From contig JABCTZ010000006.1 in the NCBI GenBank assembly GCA_018238155.1, positions 7,321 through 71,320 of the forward strand: 64,000 bases of DNA. The letters are read 5' to 3'. This DNA is from Candidatus Heimdallarchaeota archaeon. GTDB lineage: Archaea > Asgardarchaeota > Heimdallarchaeia > JABLTI01. Numbering within the stretch: position 1 is the stretch's first letter; each line of letters starts with the position of its first letter. The notes beneath the pieces were generated by a model. That model saw only the letters and a program-made list of their open reading frames with translations. It made no database searches and was not told the DNA's origin. Positions 48,281-58,409 of the stretch are shown piece after piece. The position numbers were made by a program, and so were the translations under genes.

Positions 48281-50386
48281 ATGAAGAAATTAGTTATTGG
48301 CATTGATATAGGTGGAACATTCACAGACATTATTATTCAAAACAAAGATTCTGGTAATATCATTAAACAGCTAAAGGTTGCAACGACAATCCAAAACCCT
48401 GAAGAGGCCATAATCACTAGCTTACATCAAGAACTAACTGATGAAGAAATAGATTTTGTTCAACAAATCTATCATGCTACTACGATTGGAACAAATGCTT
48501 TTCTTGGTCAAGTAAATTTAGAATTACCTAAAACAGCATTGGTTACAACAAAAGGTTTTAGAGATGTGCTGGAAATTGGTCGACAAAGAAGATCTTCTCT
48601 TTATGACTTCTCTTTTGAGAGACCAAAACCCATTATTCCTAGACGTTTTAGATTTGAAATTAAAGAACGATTAAATCATAGAGGAGAAATAATCTCTCCC
48701 CTCGAATTTGGTGCTTTGCCAAAAATCAGTGCTTTTATCAAACGAGAAAAAATCAATAGTGTTGCAATTACTCTTCTCCACTCATACAAGAATTCAATTC
48801 ATGAACAAAAATTAAAAGAATACTTTGAAAAAAATCACAAAGAGATTTTTGTTTCAGCAAGTTTTGAAGTATCTCCCGAACACAGAGAATTTGAACGAAC
48901 AAGTACAACAGCAATAAATGCGATCTTAATGCCAATAGTTTCTAGATACATAAAGTCATTGGTTGAATCATTTACAGAATTTGGTTTTAAAGCTCCATTG
49001 TTTATCATGCAGAGCAATGGTGGAGTAAGTAAATCGGATCAAATACAAAAATTACCTGTTAGTATAATTGAAAGTGGACCATCTGCCGGTGTAGTTGCAT
49101 CCCGATTTTATGCTGAATTCCTTGATCTTAATAGAGTACTTTCTTTTGATATGGGTGGAACAACTGCAAAAGCAGGTTCAATAGTAGATAAAATAATCAC
49201 TCTAACCTCTGAATATGAAGTGGGTGGTGATCTTCATAGCGGACGAATTACAAAAGGAAGTGGTTATCCTGCAAGATTTCCATTTATTGATCTAGCTGAA
49301 ATTTCCTCTGGAGGGGGGTCAATTGCGTGGGTGGATGAAGGAAATGCTTTGCGCGTTGGTCCGATTAGCGCTGGGTCCGATCCTGGTCCCGCTTGTTATA
49401 ATCAAAATGGTGATGCACCCACAATTACTGATGCAAATCTAATTCTTGGTCGGTTAAATCCTGAAGGCTTACTTGATAAAACATTTAAATTATATCCTGA
49501 ATTTTCAAAGAAAAGTATCAAGAAGGAAATAGCATCGAAAATAGATTTGAGCATTACAGAAAGTGCTCTTGGAATCATTGAAATTGCAAACATAAATATG
49601 AGTCGTATTTTACGAATTGTAACAGTTGAACGTGGATTAGACCCAAGAGGTTTCATTTTAATTGCTTTTGGTGGTGCAGGACCATTACATGCATGTGCCT
49701 TAGCGACTGAGCTTGAGATGACCCACATAATAATTCCAAATAATCCTGGATTTTTCTCAACAATGGGGTTACTCTTCACAGATGTTAAACATACAAACAT
49801 CAAATCAATTAGAGAAAAGATATCGAATCTCGATTATCTGATGATTGAGAATGCATTTGAAAATTTGGAAGGAAAAGGAACTGATGTTTTAAATGAGGAA
49901 GGTTTCCAAGAAACAGATATAGTTCATCAACGATTTGCGGAATTACGGTATGTAGAGCAAGGTTTTGAATTATTGGTTCCACTTTCAGAAGTAAAATTAG
50001 TTGGTGATAATGTCTCCTCAAATATTAAGAGAATTTTTAATGAGAACCACAAAGTAAAATATGGCTACATAATGGAAAATGAAGAAGTTGAAGTGGTTAA
50101 TATAAGAGTAAATAGTCTTGGTTTAATCAAGAAACCTGTTCTAAAGCCTATCAAATCTGGAAAGAAAAAACCAATAAAAGAAGCTATTGTTGGTTATAGG
50201 CAAGTGTTTTTCAACAGAGAAAAGGAATTTACTCAAACACCGATTTATGATCGAACAAAACTTCAAGCAAAGAATGAAATTACTGGTCCGGCTGTCATTG
50301 AACAATATGATACAACAACAGTTCTTCCTCAAAACTGGATAGCAAAAGTGGATGAATTTGGATTGCTTCATTTGTGGAGGGTGTGA
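48281..50386 (+). CDS. hyuA: Hydantoinase/oxoprolinase family, A (beta) subunit
   Basis: IGIDIGGTFTDI, SFDMGGTTAK and GGAGPLHA motifs are present. I preferred the ATG at 48281 to the TTG at 48272. Confidence 0.88.
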   Translation: MKKLVIGIDIGGTFTDIIIQNKDSGNIIKQLKVATTIQNPEEAIITSLHQELTDEEIDFVQQIYHATTIGTNAFLGQVNLELPKTALVTTKGFRDVLEIGRQRRSSLYDFSFERPKPIIPRRFRFEIKERLNHRGEIISPLEFGALPKISAFIKREKINSVAITLLHSYKNSIHEQKLKEYFEKNHKEIFVSASFEVSPEHREFERTSTTAINAILMPIVSRYIKSLVESFTEFGFKAPLFIMQSNGGVSKSDQIQKLPVSIIESGPSAGVVASRFYAEFLDLNRVLSFDMGGTTAKAGSIVDKIITLTSEYEVGGDLHSGRITKGSGYPARFPFIDLAEISSGGGSIAWVDEGNALRVGPISAGSDPGPACYNQNGDAPTITDANLILGRLNPEGLLDKTFKLYPEFSKKSIKKEIASKIDLSITESALGIIEIANINMSRILRIVTVERGLDPRGFILIAFGGAGPLHACALATELEMTHIIIPNNPGFFSTMGLLFTDVKHTNIKSIREKISNLDYLMIENAFENLEGKGTDVLNEEGFQETDIVHQRFAELRYVEQGFELLVPLSEVKLVGDNVSSNIKRIFNENHKVKYGYIMENEEVEVVNIRVNSLGLIKKPVLKPIKSGKKKPIKEAIVGYRQVFFNREKEFTQTPIYDRTKLQAKNEITGPAVIEQYDTTTVLPQNWIAKVDEFGLLHLWRV

Positions 50387-52034
50387 TTCATTGAAAGAAA
50401 ATCAAGTAGATGTTATTACTCGAGAAGTCATTCGTGGTGGATTAGAATTTATTGCAGAGGAAATGGGTATTATTTTGCGAAATGCTGCATATAGTACAAA
50501 TATTAAGGAAAGAATGGATCACAGTTGCTCATTATTTGACTACAAAGGACGAATGTTAGCTCAAGCAGAGCATATACCTGTGCATCTCGGCGCTATGCCA
50601 CTTGCTGTGAAGAGTGTTGTAACAACCTTTGAAGGAGAAATTAATCCCGGAGATTCATTTATTCTAAACGATCCATATTTAGGTGGAACTCACTTACCAG
50701 ATATTACTATAGTTACACCAATCTTTTATCAAAAGGAATTGGTCGGCTATTCTGTAAATAGAGCACATCATAATGACATCGGTGGAATGGTTCCAGGATC
50801 AATGCCTGGAAATGCTACTGAAATTTTCCAAGAAGGCTTGAGGATTCCTCCTGTGAAAATAGTTCGAAAGGGGATTATTAACAAGGATATTCTCGATATA
50901 ATAATGATTAATTCCAGAACACCCAAGCTCCGTAAAGGTGATTTAATGGCTCAACTGTCTGCAAATTGGACTGGAGAGAAACGATTAATAGAATTAATTC
51001 AAAGTAAAGGACTAAAAACATACAAATTAGCTGTTGATGAAATCTTGGATTATTCTGAAAGAAGATTTCTAGCTATTCTTGAAAACTTTCCCAACAAAGA
51101 AGCTGAAGGTATAGACTTCATGGATGACGATGGGATTAGTGATGAAAGAATCAAAATCGTCGTCAAAGTAAAGAAAACTAAAAACCATCTGACTTTTGAT
51201 TTCACAGGCACTTCTAAACAAGTAAAAGGGGCTGTTAATTGCCCGTATGCTGTTACATTATCTGGTGCATATTTTGTATTACGATCAATATCTGATCCTA
51301 CAATACCTGCAAATGAAGGATTATATCGTCATTTAACAGTCATTATTCCGGAGGGATCAATTTTAAATGCTAAAACCCCTGCTGCAGTTGTTGGAGGAAA
51401 TGTAGAAACATCTCAACGAATTGTCGATACTCTATTGAAAGCTTTTTCAAAGATAATTCCGGGTAAAATTCCTGCTGCATCTCAAGGAACAATGAATAAT
51501 CTCATTATTGGTGGGATGGATGCAAATAATCAACCATTTACTTTTTATGAAACAATAGGTGGTGGAAGCGGTGGCACTTCAAGTAAAGATGGAGTCGATG
51601 GAATTCATACCAATATGACTAATACTATGAATACACCAATCGAAGAAATCGAAGCAAGATATCCGCTAAAAGTTTTGGAGTATTCTTTGAGAAACAATAG
51701 CTCTGGAAAAGGCAAATATCGTGGTGGTATTGGGATAATCAGAACATTTCAAACGGAAGTTCCTGTTACAATTAGTCTTCTAGGTGAAAGGCAAAAAACT
51801 GCTCCTTGGGGGTTAGAAGGTGGAAAAGATGGAAAGCAAGGGGAATATTATAAAATCACAACAGCAAATAAAAAAGTAGTCTTACCAGGAAAAAGCACCT
51901 TTACATTGGAGGCAGGAGAGATAATCGTAATTGAAACACCAGGAGCAGGTGGTTACGGTGAACCACTGGAGAGAAGTGAAAAAAGAATAACTGATGATAA
52001 ACTAGATGAGAAAGTTATTGAAAAAAAGACCTAA
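50352..52034 (+). CDS. hyuB: Hydantoinase B/oxoprolinase family, B (alpha) subunit
   Basis: DVITREVIRGGLEFIAEEMG, NDPYLGGTHLPD and the C-terminal ETPGAGGYGEP are typical of HyuB. The true start may be the TTG at 50391, just after the hyuA stop. Confidence 0.88.
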   Translation: MNLDCFICGGCDSLKENQVDVITREVIRGGLEFIAEEMGIILRNAAYSTNIKERMDHSCSLFDYKGRMLAQAEHIPVHLGAMPLAVKSVVTTFEGEINPGDSFILNDPYLGGTHLPDITIVTPIFYQKELVGYSVNRAHHNDIGGMVPGSMPGNATEIFQEGLRIPPVKIVRKGIINKDILDIIMINSRTPKLRKGDLMAQLSANWTGEKRLIELIQSKGLKTYKLAVDEILDYSERRFLAILENFPNKEAEGIDFMDDDGISDERIKIVVKVKKTKNHLTFDFTGTSKQVKGAVNCPYAVTLSGAYFVLRSISDPTIPANEGLYRHLTVIIPEGSILNAKTPAAVVGGNVETSQRIVDTLLKAFSKIIPGKIPAASQGTMNNLIIGGMDANNQPFTFYETIGGGSGGTSSKDGVDGIHTNMTNTMNTPIEEIEARYPLKVLEYSLRNNSSGKGKYRGGIGIIRTFQTEVPVTISLLGERQKTAPWGLEGGKDGKQGEYYKITTANKKVVLPGKSTFTLEAGEIIVIETPGAGGYGEPLERSEKRITDDKLDEKVIEKKT

Positions 52035-52143
52035 AAGCAACTTTTTATCAAAAAGTTCTAAATCATAAGACTTATTTTCTCATAACTGTCAAAATTGTGT
52101 AAGAAGCGTTTGAGTTTAGTGTTTCGTATTGGAGTAATGCATA

Positions 52144-54126
52144 GTGACCACGCCAGCTAAGGGGACGAAAGTAAAAATCAAAAAGACCTACAAGACCCAC
52201 CCGAATCTTGATAGAATTCTTACAGATGGCAATTGGTACAGAAAACTCATTGAAACAATGGATGATGGGATTATTGCTACAGATATGAATAGAAATATTA
52301 TTTATGTTAATCCTGCTGTGTGTAAAAAATTGGGTTACACTGATGAAGAATTGCTTGGTATGAACTCTTTGGACATTGTTGTTGAAGAAGATCGCGATAG
52401 AGTCGCTCGAGAATCTGAAATACGTTTTAGTGAAAAAGTCTCTTCACAATATGAAATTACTTTCAAAACAAAAGTTGGTTCAAGATTACCAGTTCTTATT
52501 AGTGGCTCACCAATTTTGGATGAGAAGAATCAAACACTCGGGACTTACGCTTTAATTACAGATATCCGTGATAGAAAGGTTGTAGAAAAAGAGTTACGCG
52601 ATAAGAATAATGAATTACAAACTCTTTATAATAATTTATTAGAACTATATCAACAGCTGGGTGCAATAATCGCTGAGACTACAACAGTACCCTCAACAGA
52701 AATTTTACTTTTCACTTCCAAGCATTGTGTTTATTGTGCGCCTGCAGAAGAAGTTCTACAACAAGTACTTGCATCTTACGCCGGAAAAATTACTTACAGA
52801 AAAGTAGATATTGAAAAAGAACCTGAGCTTGCAGCTGAACATGATATTCTTTCCCTTCCTACAATAGTTATTGGAAAAGAACAATTAACCTCTGTTCCAG
52901 ATATCTATAAATTACATTCAGCTTTATTCAGTGCATTGGTACCTGAAGAAAAATTCAGAAGAACAAGACAAGAATTAGATAATATTATCGACAATTCTCC
53001 GGTAGCTATTTTTACAATTAATTCTAAAGGAACGATTACTAAAAGCAATCCTCATGTTGGAATTATGACAGGTATGAAGAAACAAGATATTACAGGTCAT
53101 AATGCTATAGAAGCAGATGACAATGAAGAAGAAATTTTCCCAAAATCACTAATCAAACTCTTTAAGAAAGGTCTAAAGGGCAAGAGAATCACTGAAAATC
53201 GTTTACGTATCAAAGATTATTCCTCTGAAAAAGCCGATCCATTTTCAATTGTAAGTTTCAAAGTAGTTCCTATGGCTACCAAGGAAGGAGATATAAACGA
53301 AATTCTTGTTTTATGTGAGGATGTTACTAAATTAGCTATGCAAGAAGAAGCCTTGAGTGAATCATATACAAAATTAGAAGAGCTGAATGACACGCTTTTA
53401 CAATTAAATAAAGATAGATCAAATTTTGTTGAACTTACATCAACTAAACTTCTAGAGCCCTTAAGAAACTCGAGAGCGTTGATAGATACTATTCTCCGTG
53501 GGAAATTAGGTCTGTTGAGTGAAGAATTATTTGGAACAATGGAATTTTTAAGAAATAATTTGGATAAAGTATCCAAAAGCATTTTCGGCATAATAGAATT
53601 TTCAAATATAGAAGCACAAGACTTTAGTTTGAAACTAAATGAAAATAATCTTAAGGAATTAATTTCACAAACAACCAGTTTAGTTGGGTCAGTAGGTATA
53701 CAAAAGAGCTTTATTGGAACTGTAGATATTTCCAGCAAAGTAAACGTTTGGTGTGACTCCGAACAAATTATTCGTATTTTAAGAAACTTGATTTTGAATG
53801 CTATCCAATTCACACCATTGAATTGCACTATCCTCTTTACTGCTGAAGAAAAGAATGGTCTTGTTGCAGTTTCTGTGAAAGATAATGGTTTTGGTATTGC
53901 AAAGAAAGATCTCGAAATAATCTTTAATCAATATGTAAAAACCGACCCTCAAAGTCCTGGTTCGGGTTTAGGCTTATCTATGGTAAGAAGTTTAGTAGAA
54001 GCTCATGGTGGAACCGTTAGAGCAAAATCTGAAGGTAAGAACAAAGGTTCAACATTCATATTTACTTTGCCGACCAATGAAGCATCATATGAAAAACTAA
54101 TTTCTAAGAAAGAGAAATCAAAGTAA
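52144..54126 (+). CDS. PAS - thioredoxin-like (CxxC) - PAS - DHp - HATPase_c sensor kinase-like protein with a degenerate H-box
   Basis: PAS (DDGIIATDMNRNIIYVNPAVCKKLGY). Trx-like insert (ILLFTSKHCVYCAPAEE...SLPTIVIG). ATPase N, G1 and G2 boxes are intact (NLILNAIQFTP, VKDNGFGI, GSGLGLSMV). The H-box position reads FVELTSTKLLEPL. Confidence 0.8.
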   Translation: MTTPAKGTKVKIKKTYKTHPNLDRILTDGNWYRKLIETMDDGIIATDMNRNIIYVNPAVCKKLGYTDEELLGMNSLDIVVEEDRDRVARESEIRFSEKVSSQYEITFKTKVGSRLPVLISGSPILDEKNQTLGTYALITDIRDRKVVEKELRDKNNELQTLYNNLLELYQQLGAIIAETTTVPSTEILLFTSKHCVYCAPAEEVLQQVLASYAGKITYRKVDIEKEPELAAEHDILSLPTIVIGKEQLTSVPDIYKLHSALFSALVPEEKFRRTRQELDNIIDNSPVAIFTINSKGTITKSNPHVGIMTGMKKQDITGHNAIEADDNEEEIFPKSLIKLFKKGLKGKRITENRLRIKDYSSEKADPFSIVSFKVVPMATKEGDINEILVLCEDVTKLAMQEEALSESYTKLEELNDTLLQLNKDRSNFVELTSTKLLEPLRNSRALIDTILRGKLGLLSEELFGTMEFLRNNLDKVSKSIFGIIEFSNIEAQDFSLKLNENNLKELISQTTSLVGSVGIQKSFIGTVDISSKVNVWCDSEQIIRILRNLILNAIQFTPLNCTILFTAEEKNGLVAVSVKDNGFGIAKKDLEIIFNQYVKTDPQSPGSGLGLSMVRSLVEAHGGTVRAKSEGKNKGSTFIFTLPTNEASYEKLISKKEKSK

Positions 54127-54208
54127 TTTGTTGATTTTTTATGCCCACTTTGATTTGTTAGTCAGAAATGTTTTATACCTACGTAATAATTGCAATAATG
54201 TGATTAAA

Positions 54209-55342
54209 ATGCATTATCGTATGTTAGGTAAAACTGGACGAAAAGTATCAATACTTGGTTTTGGAGCAATGCGTTTGCCCACAATAAAACCAGGAGAACA
54301 AGCAATCAAACATGATGAAGCAATAAACTTGATAAGAAGAAGCATTGATGCTGGTGTAAATTATGTTGACACAGCATATAATTATCATAGTGATGAAAGC
54401 GAGCTTGTTGTAGCAAAGGCATTGAAAGACGGATATAGAGATAAAGTTACTCTCGCAACTAAAGCACCGATTTGGAAGAAAGAGTACGATAAAGAAGAAA
54501 GTTTTGATAAATATCTCAAAGAACAATTGAAGAAATTAGATGTTGAAACGATAGATGTGTATCTTTTCCATGCTCTAAATGAAAAAACATGGAAGAAACT
54601 GAATGAAATAAAAGCAATTGAAAGTGCACAGAAAGCAAAAAAAGAAGGGAAAATAAATCACTTGGCTTTTTCATTTCATGATAAACCAGAGCTTTTGAAA
54701 AAAATTATTGATTCTGATGCATTTGAGGTTATGTTGGTACAATACAACATTCTTGATACTGTAAATGAAGAAATGATCAAATATGCATCTGAAAAAGGCA
54801 TAGGTATAGTTATTATGGGACCCGTAGGTGGAGGTCGGCTTGCAGGTGAACCTCCTGAAGATCTAATAAAATATTTGTTACCTGGAAAGAAAACTTTTGC
54901 TGATTTAGCTCTAAGGTATGTGTGGGCTAATAAATACGTTGATATTGCATTATCTGGAATGGGTTCAGACGAAATGCTAGATGAAAACCTTTCATTGGCT
55001 TCTAATGAAGATTATACTTTGACTGATGTTCAAAAAGAAAAGGCGGATGAATTAGGTGTTGCATTCAAAAAACTGACAGATAATCTCTGTACAAACTGTA
55101 AATATTGCATGCCATGCGAACAAGAAGTGAATATTGCTTTTATCTTTCAATCATTGATAAATTTCCAAGTTTATGGACAAGAAGATGCAGCTAAACGAAG
55201 ATATAGTGCAATAGGCAAAGAAGATTGGGCTTCAGGAAAAAATACAGAAGCATGCACAGAATGCGGAGAATGTCTAGAAAAATGTCCACAGAAAATACCT
55301 ATTATTGAACAATTAAAGAAATCACACAAAATTCTGACTTGA
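54209..55342 (+). CDS. Aldo/keto reductase with a C-terminal 4Fe-4S ferredoxin-like domain
   Basis: MHYRMLGKTGRKVSILGFGAMRL is a classic AKR start. The C-terminal cysteine clusters are CTNCKYCMPC and CTECGECLEKCP. I preferred the ATG at 54209 to the TTG at 54128. Confidence 0.85.
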   Translation: MHYRMLGKTGRKVSILGFGAMRLPTIKPGEQAIKHDEAINLIRRSIDAGVNYVDTAYNYHSDESELVVAKALKDGYRDKVTLATKAPIWKKEYDKEESFDKYLKEQLKKLDVETIDVYLFHALNEKTWKKLNEIKAIESAQKAKKEGKINHLAFSFHDKPELLKKIIDSDAFEVMLVQYNILDTVNEEMIKYASEKGIGIVIMGPVGGGRLAGEPPEDLIKYLLPGKKTFADLALRYVWANKYVDIALSGMGSDEMLDENLSLASNEDYTLTDVQKEKADELGVAFKKLTDNLCTNCKYCMPCEQEVNIAFIFQSLINFQVYGQEDAAKRRYSAIGKEDWASGKNTEACTECGECLEKCPQKIPIIEQLKKSHKILT

Positions 55343-55405
55343 TAGAAGATACAATAATAATAGAAAAAATAGCAGTTGAAAAACTGCTTTTTACTTTCTT
55401 TTTTT

Positions 55406-56095
55406 TTATCTCATCCATTGCCCTACTTTGATTCCCTTCCAAGGTTTAATATCACCATTTCTCATACCAATGAAATCTGGGATCATTCTAATGATGATGA
55501 GTATTGTGCATCCCCAAGCAAAAACCATTATCGGCCAAGTATGCCAATAGGTTCCATTAAGTGTAGAAAATTGTCCTACCAAATAAAATATTGTGTATGT
55601 TGTTGCAACGGATGCAGTTGCCATTATACCCGCTACTCCACTGTATCTGATAATTATTAACCAAATAAGTAATGAACCCCACCACACCAGAATACCCCAA
55701 GGATTGATAACAATCATTACTCCTGATAATGCTGCAAATCCTTTGCCTCCTTGAAACTTCATCCAAGGCATCCAGCAATGCCCGGCAAATACTGCAATGC
55801 CACACAGAGCTGCTAGTAAATCCAAATTTACGGGTTCTAAAGATGTTAGAGAACTAAAAAAGAAATATCTGGTTAATAATGTACCGAGAAACCCTTTTGT
55901 AATATCTAAAGACATTGTTAAAGCTGCCCAACTATAGCCTGCTGTTCGGACAGTGTTTCTAGTGCTAACGGAACCTGAACCTTCATTACGCACATCTTTT
56001 CCAGTAACCAATTTAACAATAATCCAAGCAAATGGAAGAGAACCGAAAAAGAAACCTATAATTGGTGCTAAAATAAATGGATAAATCATTTGCAT
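55406..56095 (-). CDS. plsY: PlsY-family glycerol-3-phosphate acyltransferase (bacterial-type)
   Basis: FGSLPFAWII...GKDVRNEGSGSVSTRN, LDITKG and AGHCWMPWMKFQGGKGFAALSG match the three conserved PlsY motifs. The protein is a multi-TM protein. Confidence 0.85.
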   Translation of the reverse strand: MQMIYPFILAPIIGFFFGSLPFAWIIVKLVTGKDVRNEGSGSVSTRNTVRTAGYSWAALTMSLDITKGFLGTLLTRYFFFSSLTSLEPVNLDLLAALCGIAVFAGHCWMPWMKFQGGKGFAALSGVMIVINPWGILVWWGSLLIWLIIIRYSGVAGIMATASVATTYTIFYLVGQFSTLNGTYWHTWPIMVFAWGCTILIIIRMIPDFIGMRNGDIKPWKGIKVGQWMR

Positions 56096-56256
56096 AATCT
56101 CCTGTTACTGACGAATACTCTTGTTCATCTTTAAATAGATTATTCCCCCACTCTATGATGGTTCAAAGGTCCATTCTTTAATAAAAGTAATTCTTTGGCA
56201 AAACCTAAAAAAGCAGAAGAGCTTAAGAAAGATAACAAACCAAATCGAAAGAGAGA

Positions 56257-56547
56257 ATGATTATCTTGGTGTCATGGAAAGAAGAATTTAAACAAGCTGG
56301 TTTAGAGTTGGGATTTGATCTATTATTAGTTGCACTTATCGTTTGTTGGGTAGCTGCCATTTTAACAGCTATTCTAGAAGTTTCTCTTTGGGTTGTCTTT
56401 GGACTTTTCTTTTTGGGTTGTGTTTTCTTATTTTCAATGTTCACTATCTCAAGAAATTCGGAAGAAGCAGAGAAAAAAGCTCTTGCACTAGAAAATGTTG
56501 AAGACACAGAGAATGAAGCTGAAGAAGAAAGTGATGATTCAGAGTGA
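56257..56547 (+). CDS. Small 2-TM protein with an acidic tail (tentative)
   Basis: Two clear hydrophobic helices followed by a D/E-rich C-terminus. I preferred it to the overlapping antisense Ser-rich ORF. Confidence 0.4.
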   Translation: MIILVSWKEEFKQAGLELGFDLLLVALIVCWVAAILTAILEVSLWVVFGLFFLGCVFLFSMFTISRNSEEAEKKALALENVEDTENEAEEESDDSE

Positions 56548-56762
56548 CCGTTTAATACAAAGGACAATAATTAGCTTCTTTTCTTTTCTGTTATTCCTAT
56601 AACACAACACTTTTTTGTTCAAACTTCAAAATGATTCTAGCAGATAATTTGTTGTCAAAAATGAAATTGCCTTTATTGTAACAAATGAGGTACATTTACA
56701 GATACGAATAAGTAGAGTGATTTGATAAGAAATTAATAGAATCACATCTGGAGCGAATAAAA

Positions 56763-58409
56763 ATGCCTGAAATAGGTCTTGGAGAATTCGATGATCAAGA
56801 AGTATTGAAGAAATCACTTGAGATATTTGAAAAAAAGAAAAAAGAAATTCAAGATCACATTCTTGAAAGAACAGCAGTCGTTCCAGATGAAACTTTAACA
56901 GAACTTGAAAAACAATTCAATATTTCCACAGAATTAGCGAAAGCTGTTTTCGTACTAGAGTTTGAGTATCACATTCCAAGGGAACTTTCTGCAAATCACT
57001 ATAAAGCTGAAATGAAAAGACTGACACAAGCACAATATGAATTGCCTGATATCTACTCTTTTAGAGTAAGATTTTCAATGGAAGAAGGTTTTTGGATTAA
57101 ATATCTAGTAGTGGACCTTCCAAAAAAACTTGAGCAAAAAATGCTCAAATTGAAAAAAATCTATTGTTCTCTATTTGGCGATCTTGCTGCAGACAAAGAA
57201 GATGCAGCTGTATATATTATTGAAAGAGCTTTTATTTGCAGTGAGATAGTAAGACCAATTATCCATTCTTGGATGAAAGAGCATCATCGAGCAAAGTATT
57301 CTGATTGTGTTGAAATTTTCTTGTGCAGCATCTCTCGAAAAGCGAGAGAAAAGTGTTTACTGTTAGTTGAAGAAATTAGCAATAGATTTCATTCACAGAT
57401 TGATTCATTAAGAAGTATCATTACTGAAATTAGACCACAAGGATGGATATTGAATGCAAAAGAAGAGTATAATAAACTTTCAGAGAAATTGCTTCTATTC
57501 GATAAAGAAAATTATCTTGATTGGCGCTTGACTGCAGAAATCATCTTAGAAATAATGTTGTTTAGGGAATTTGATGGATCAACAAAGGAAGAATCAGTTT
57601 TTCTAGTTAAAGAAATGCCGAAACAGAAAGAAAATATTGTCACTGAAATGATGGTCACAAAAAAAGAAAAATTCATCACAGATGATATTTCGGTGATTCT
57701 TACAAAAATAATTGAATTACCAGAAAATGATCAAAAGCAGCTGATCGTAGAAATGGTACAAGAAAGCTATGATTTTGCTATAATTAAAAATCGTACAAAG
57801 CCAGCTATTTTCTCTAAGGTCTTTCTAGAAAGGATTATGGCAGAACTAATGGTTAGAAGTAATGAAATAACCAAAATAACAAAGAAATTTGATATCCAAC
57901 TAATGTTTCGCTTGTCTCCCGCAGGAGGAAAAGATCGTCGAAATTTAGATCTAGATGAAAAAATAACGGAATTACTTGAAGAATTTGTGGTGGATATTTT
58001 AAAAAGAAGAGATGAGCTAAAAATCGTTTCAACAGAAAAAACAATGAAAACAGCCGTTGAACCATCTCATGAAGAAATCGAAAAAAACTCTGAAGTGCAC
58101 TCTGCAATAAAAAATCAAAGAGCAGGAAAAATAAAGGATTCAACTGAAAAGGAATTATGGCTATTTGTAAGAGATGAATACTTGAAAGAATTATTTGATA
58201 GTGAGAAGGAACTAGTTGCCGGGGCAAAAATTTTAAAGAAATATTCACTTGATCTGGGATTATTAATGACAGAGGGAGAAGCAATATCATATTTAACCTC
58301 TGAACTCGAAAAAAGGGGTTTTTCTTTTGAAAACTCAAGCAAAGAAGATATTGATTCAAATTTGTGCAAAAGCATTTTCAGGCAGTTGAAAGAATTGAGA
58401 AAGTATTAA
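56763..58409 (+). CDS. Hypothetical helical protein (548 aa)
   Basis: Long ORF with no recognisable motif. It is the first gene of the 56.7-61.8 kb cluster of uncharacterised proteins. Confidence 0.6.
   Translation: MPEIGLGEFDDQEVLKKSLEIFEKKKKEIQDHILERTAVVPDETLTELEKQFNISTELAKAVFVLEFEYHIPRELSANHYKAEMKRLTQAQYELPDIYSFRVRFSMEEGFWIKYLVVDLPKKLEQKMLKLKKIYCSLFGDLAADKEDAAVYIIERAFICSEIVRPIIHSWMKEHHRAKYSDCVEIFLCSISRKAREKCLLLVEEISNRFHSQIDSLRSIITEIRPQGWILNAKEEYNKLSEKLLLFDKENYLDWRLTAEIILEIMLFREFDGSTKEESVFLVKEMPKQKENIVTEMMVTKKEKFITDDISVILTKIIELPENDQKQLIVEMVQESYDFAIIKNRTKPAIFSKVFLERIMAELMVRSNEITKITKKFDIQLMFRLSPAGGKDRRNLDLDEKITELLEEFVVDILKRRDELKIVSTEKTMKTAVEPSHEEIEKNSEVHSAIKNQRAGKIKDSTEKELWLFVRDEYLKELFDSEKELVAGAKILKKYSLDLGLLMTEGEAISYLTSELEKRGFSFENSSKEDIDSNLCKSIFRQLKELRKY

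Noticed and set aside
53217-53828. 203-aa minus-strand ORF
   Set aside because: It is fully embedded antisense in the sensor-kinase gene, whose PAS/DHp/HATPase motifs are clear on the plus strand.
55376-55805. 94-aa plus-strand and 82-aa minus-strand ORFs overlapping plsY
   Set aside because: The PlsY frame carries all the family motifs, so the others are alternative-frame noise.
56223-56567. 114-aa Ser-rich minus-strand ORF overlapping the 96-aa plus-strand ORF
   Set aside because: The plus-strand product has two clean TM helices and an acidic tail, whereas the minus-strand product is low-complexity. Neither is strongly supported, so I retained the plus-strand one at low confidence only.
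57853-58375. 168-aa and 86-aa minus-strand ORFs
   Set aside because: They are antisense to the 548-aa plus-strand ORF. Their L/F-rich composition is typical of the antisense of K/E-rich coding sequence.
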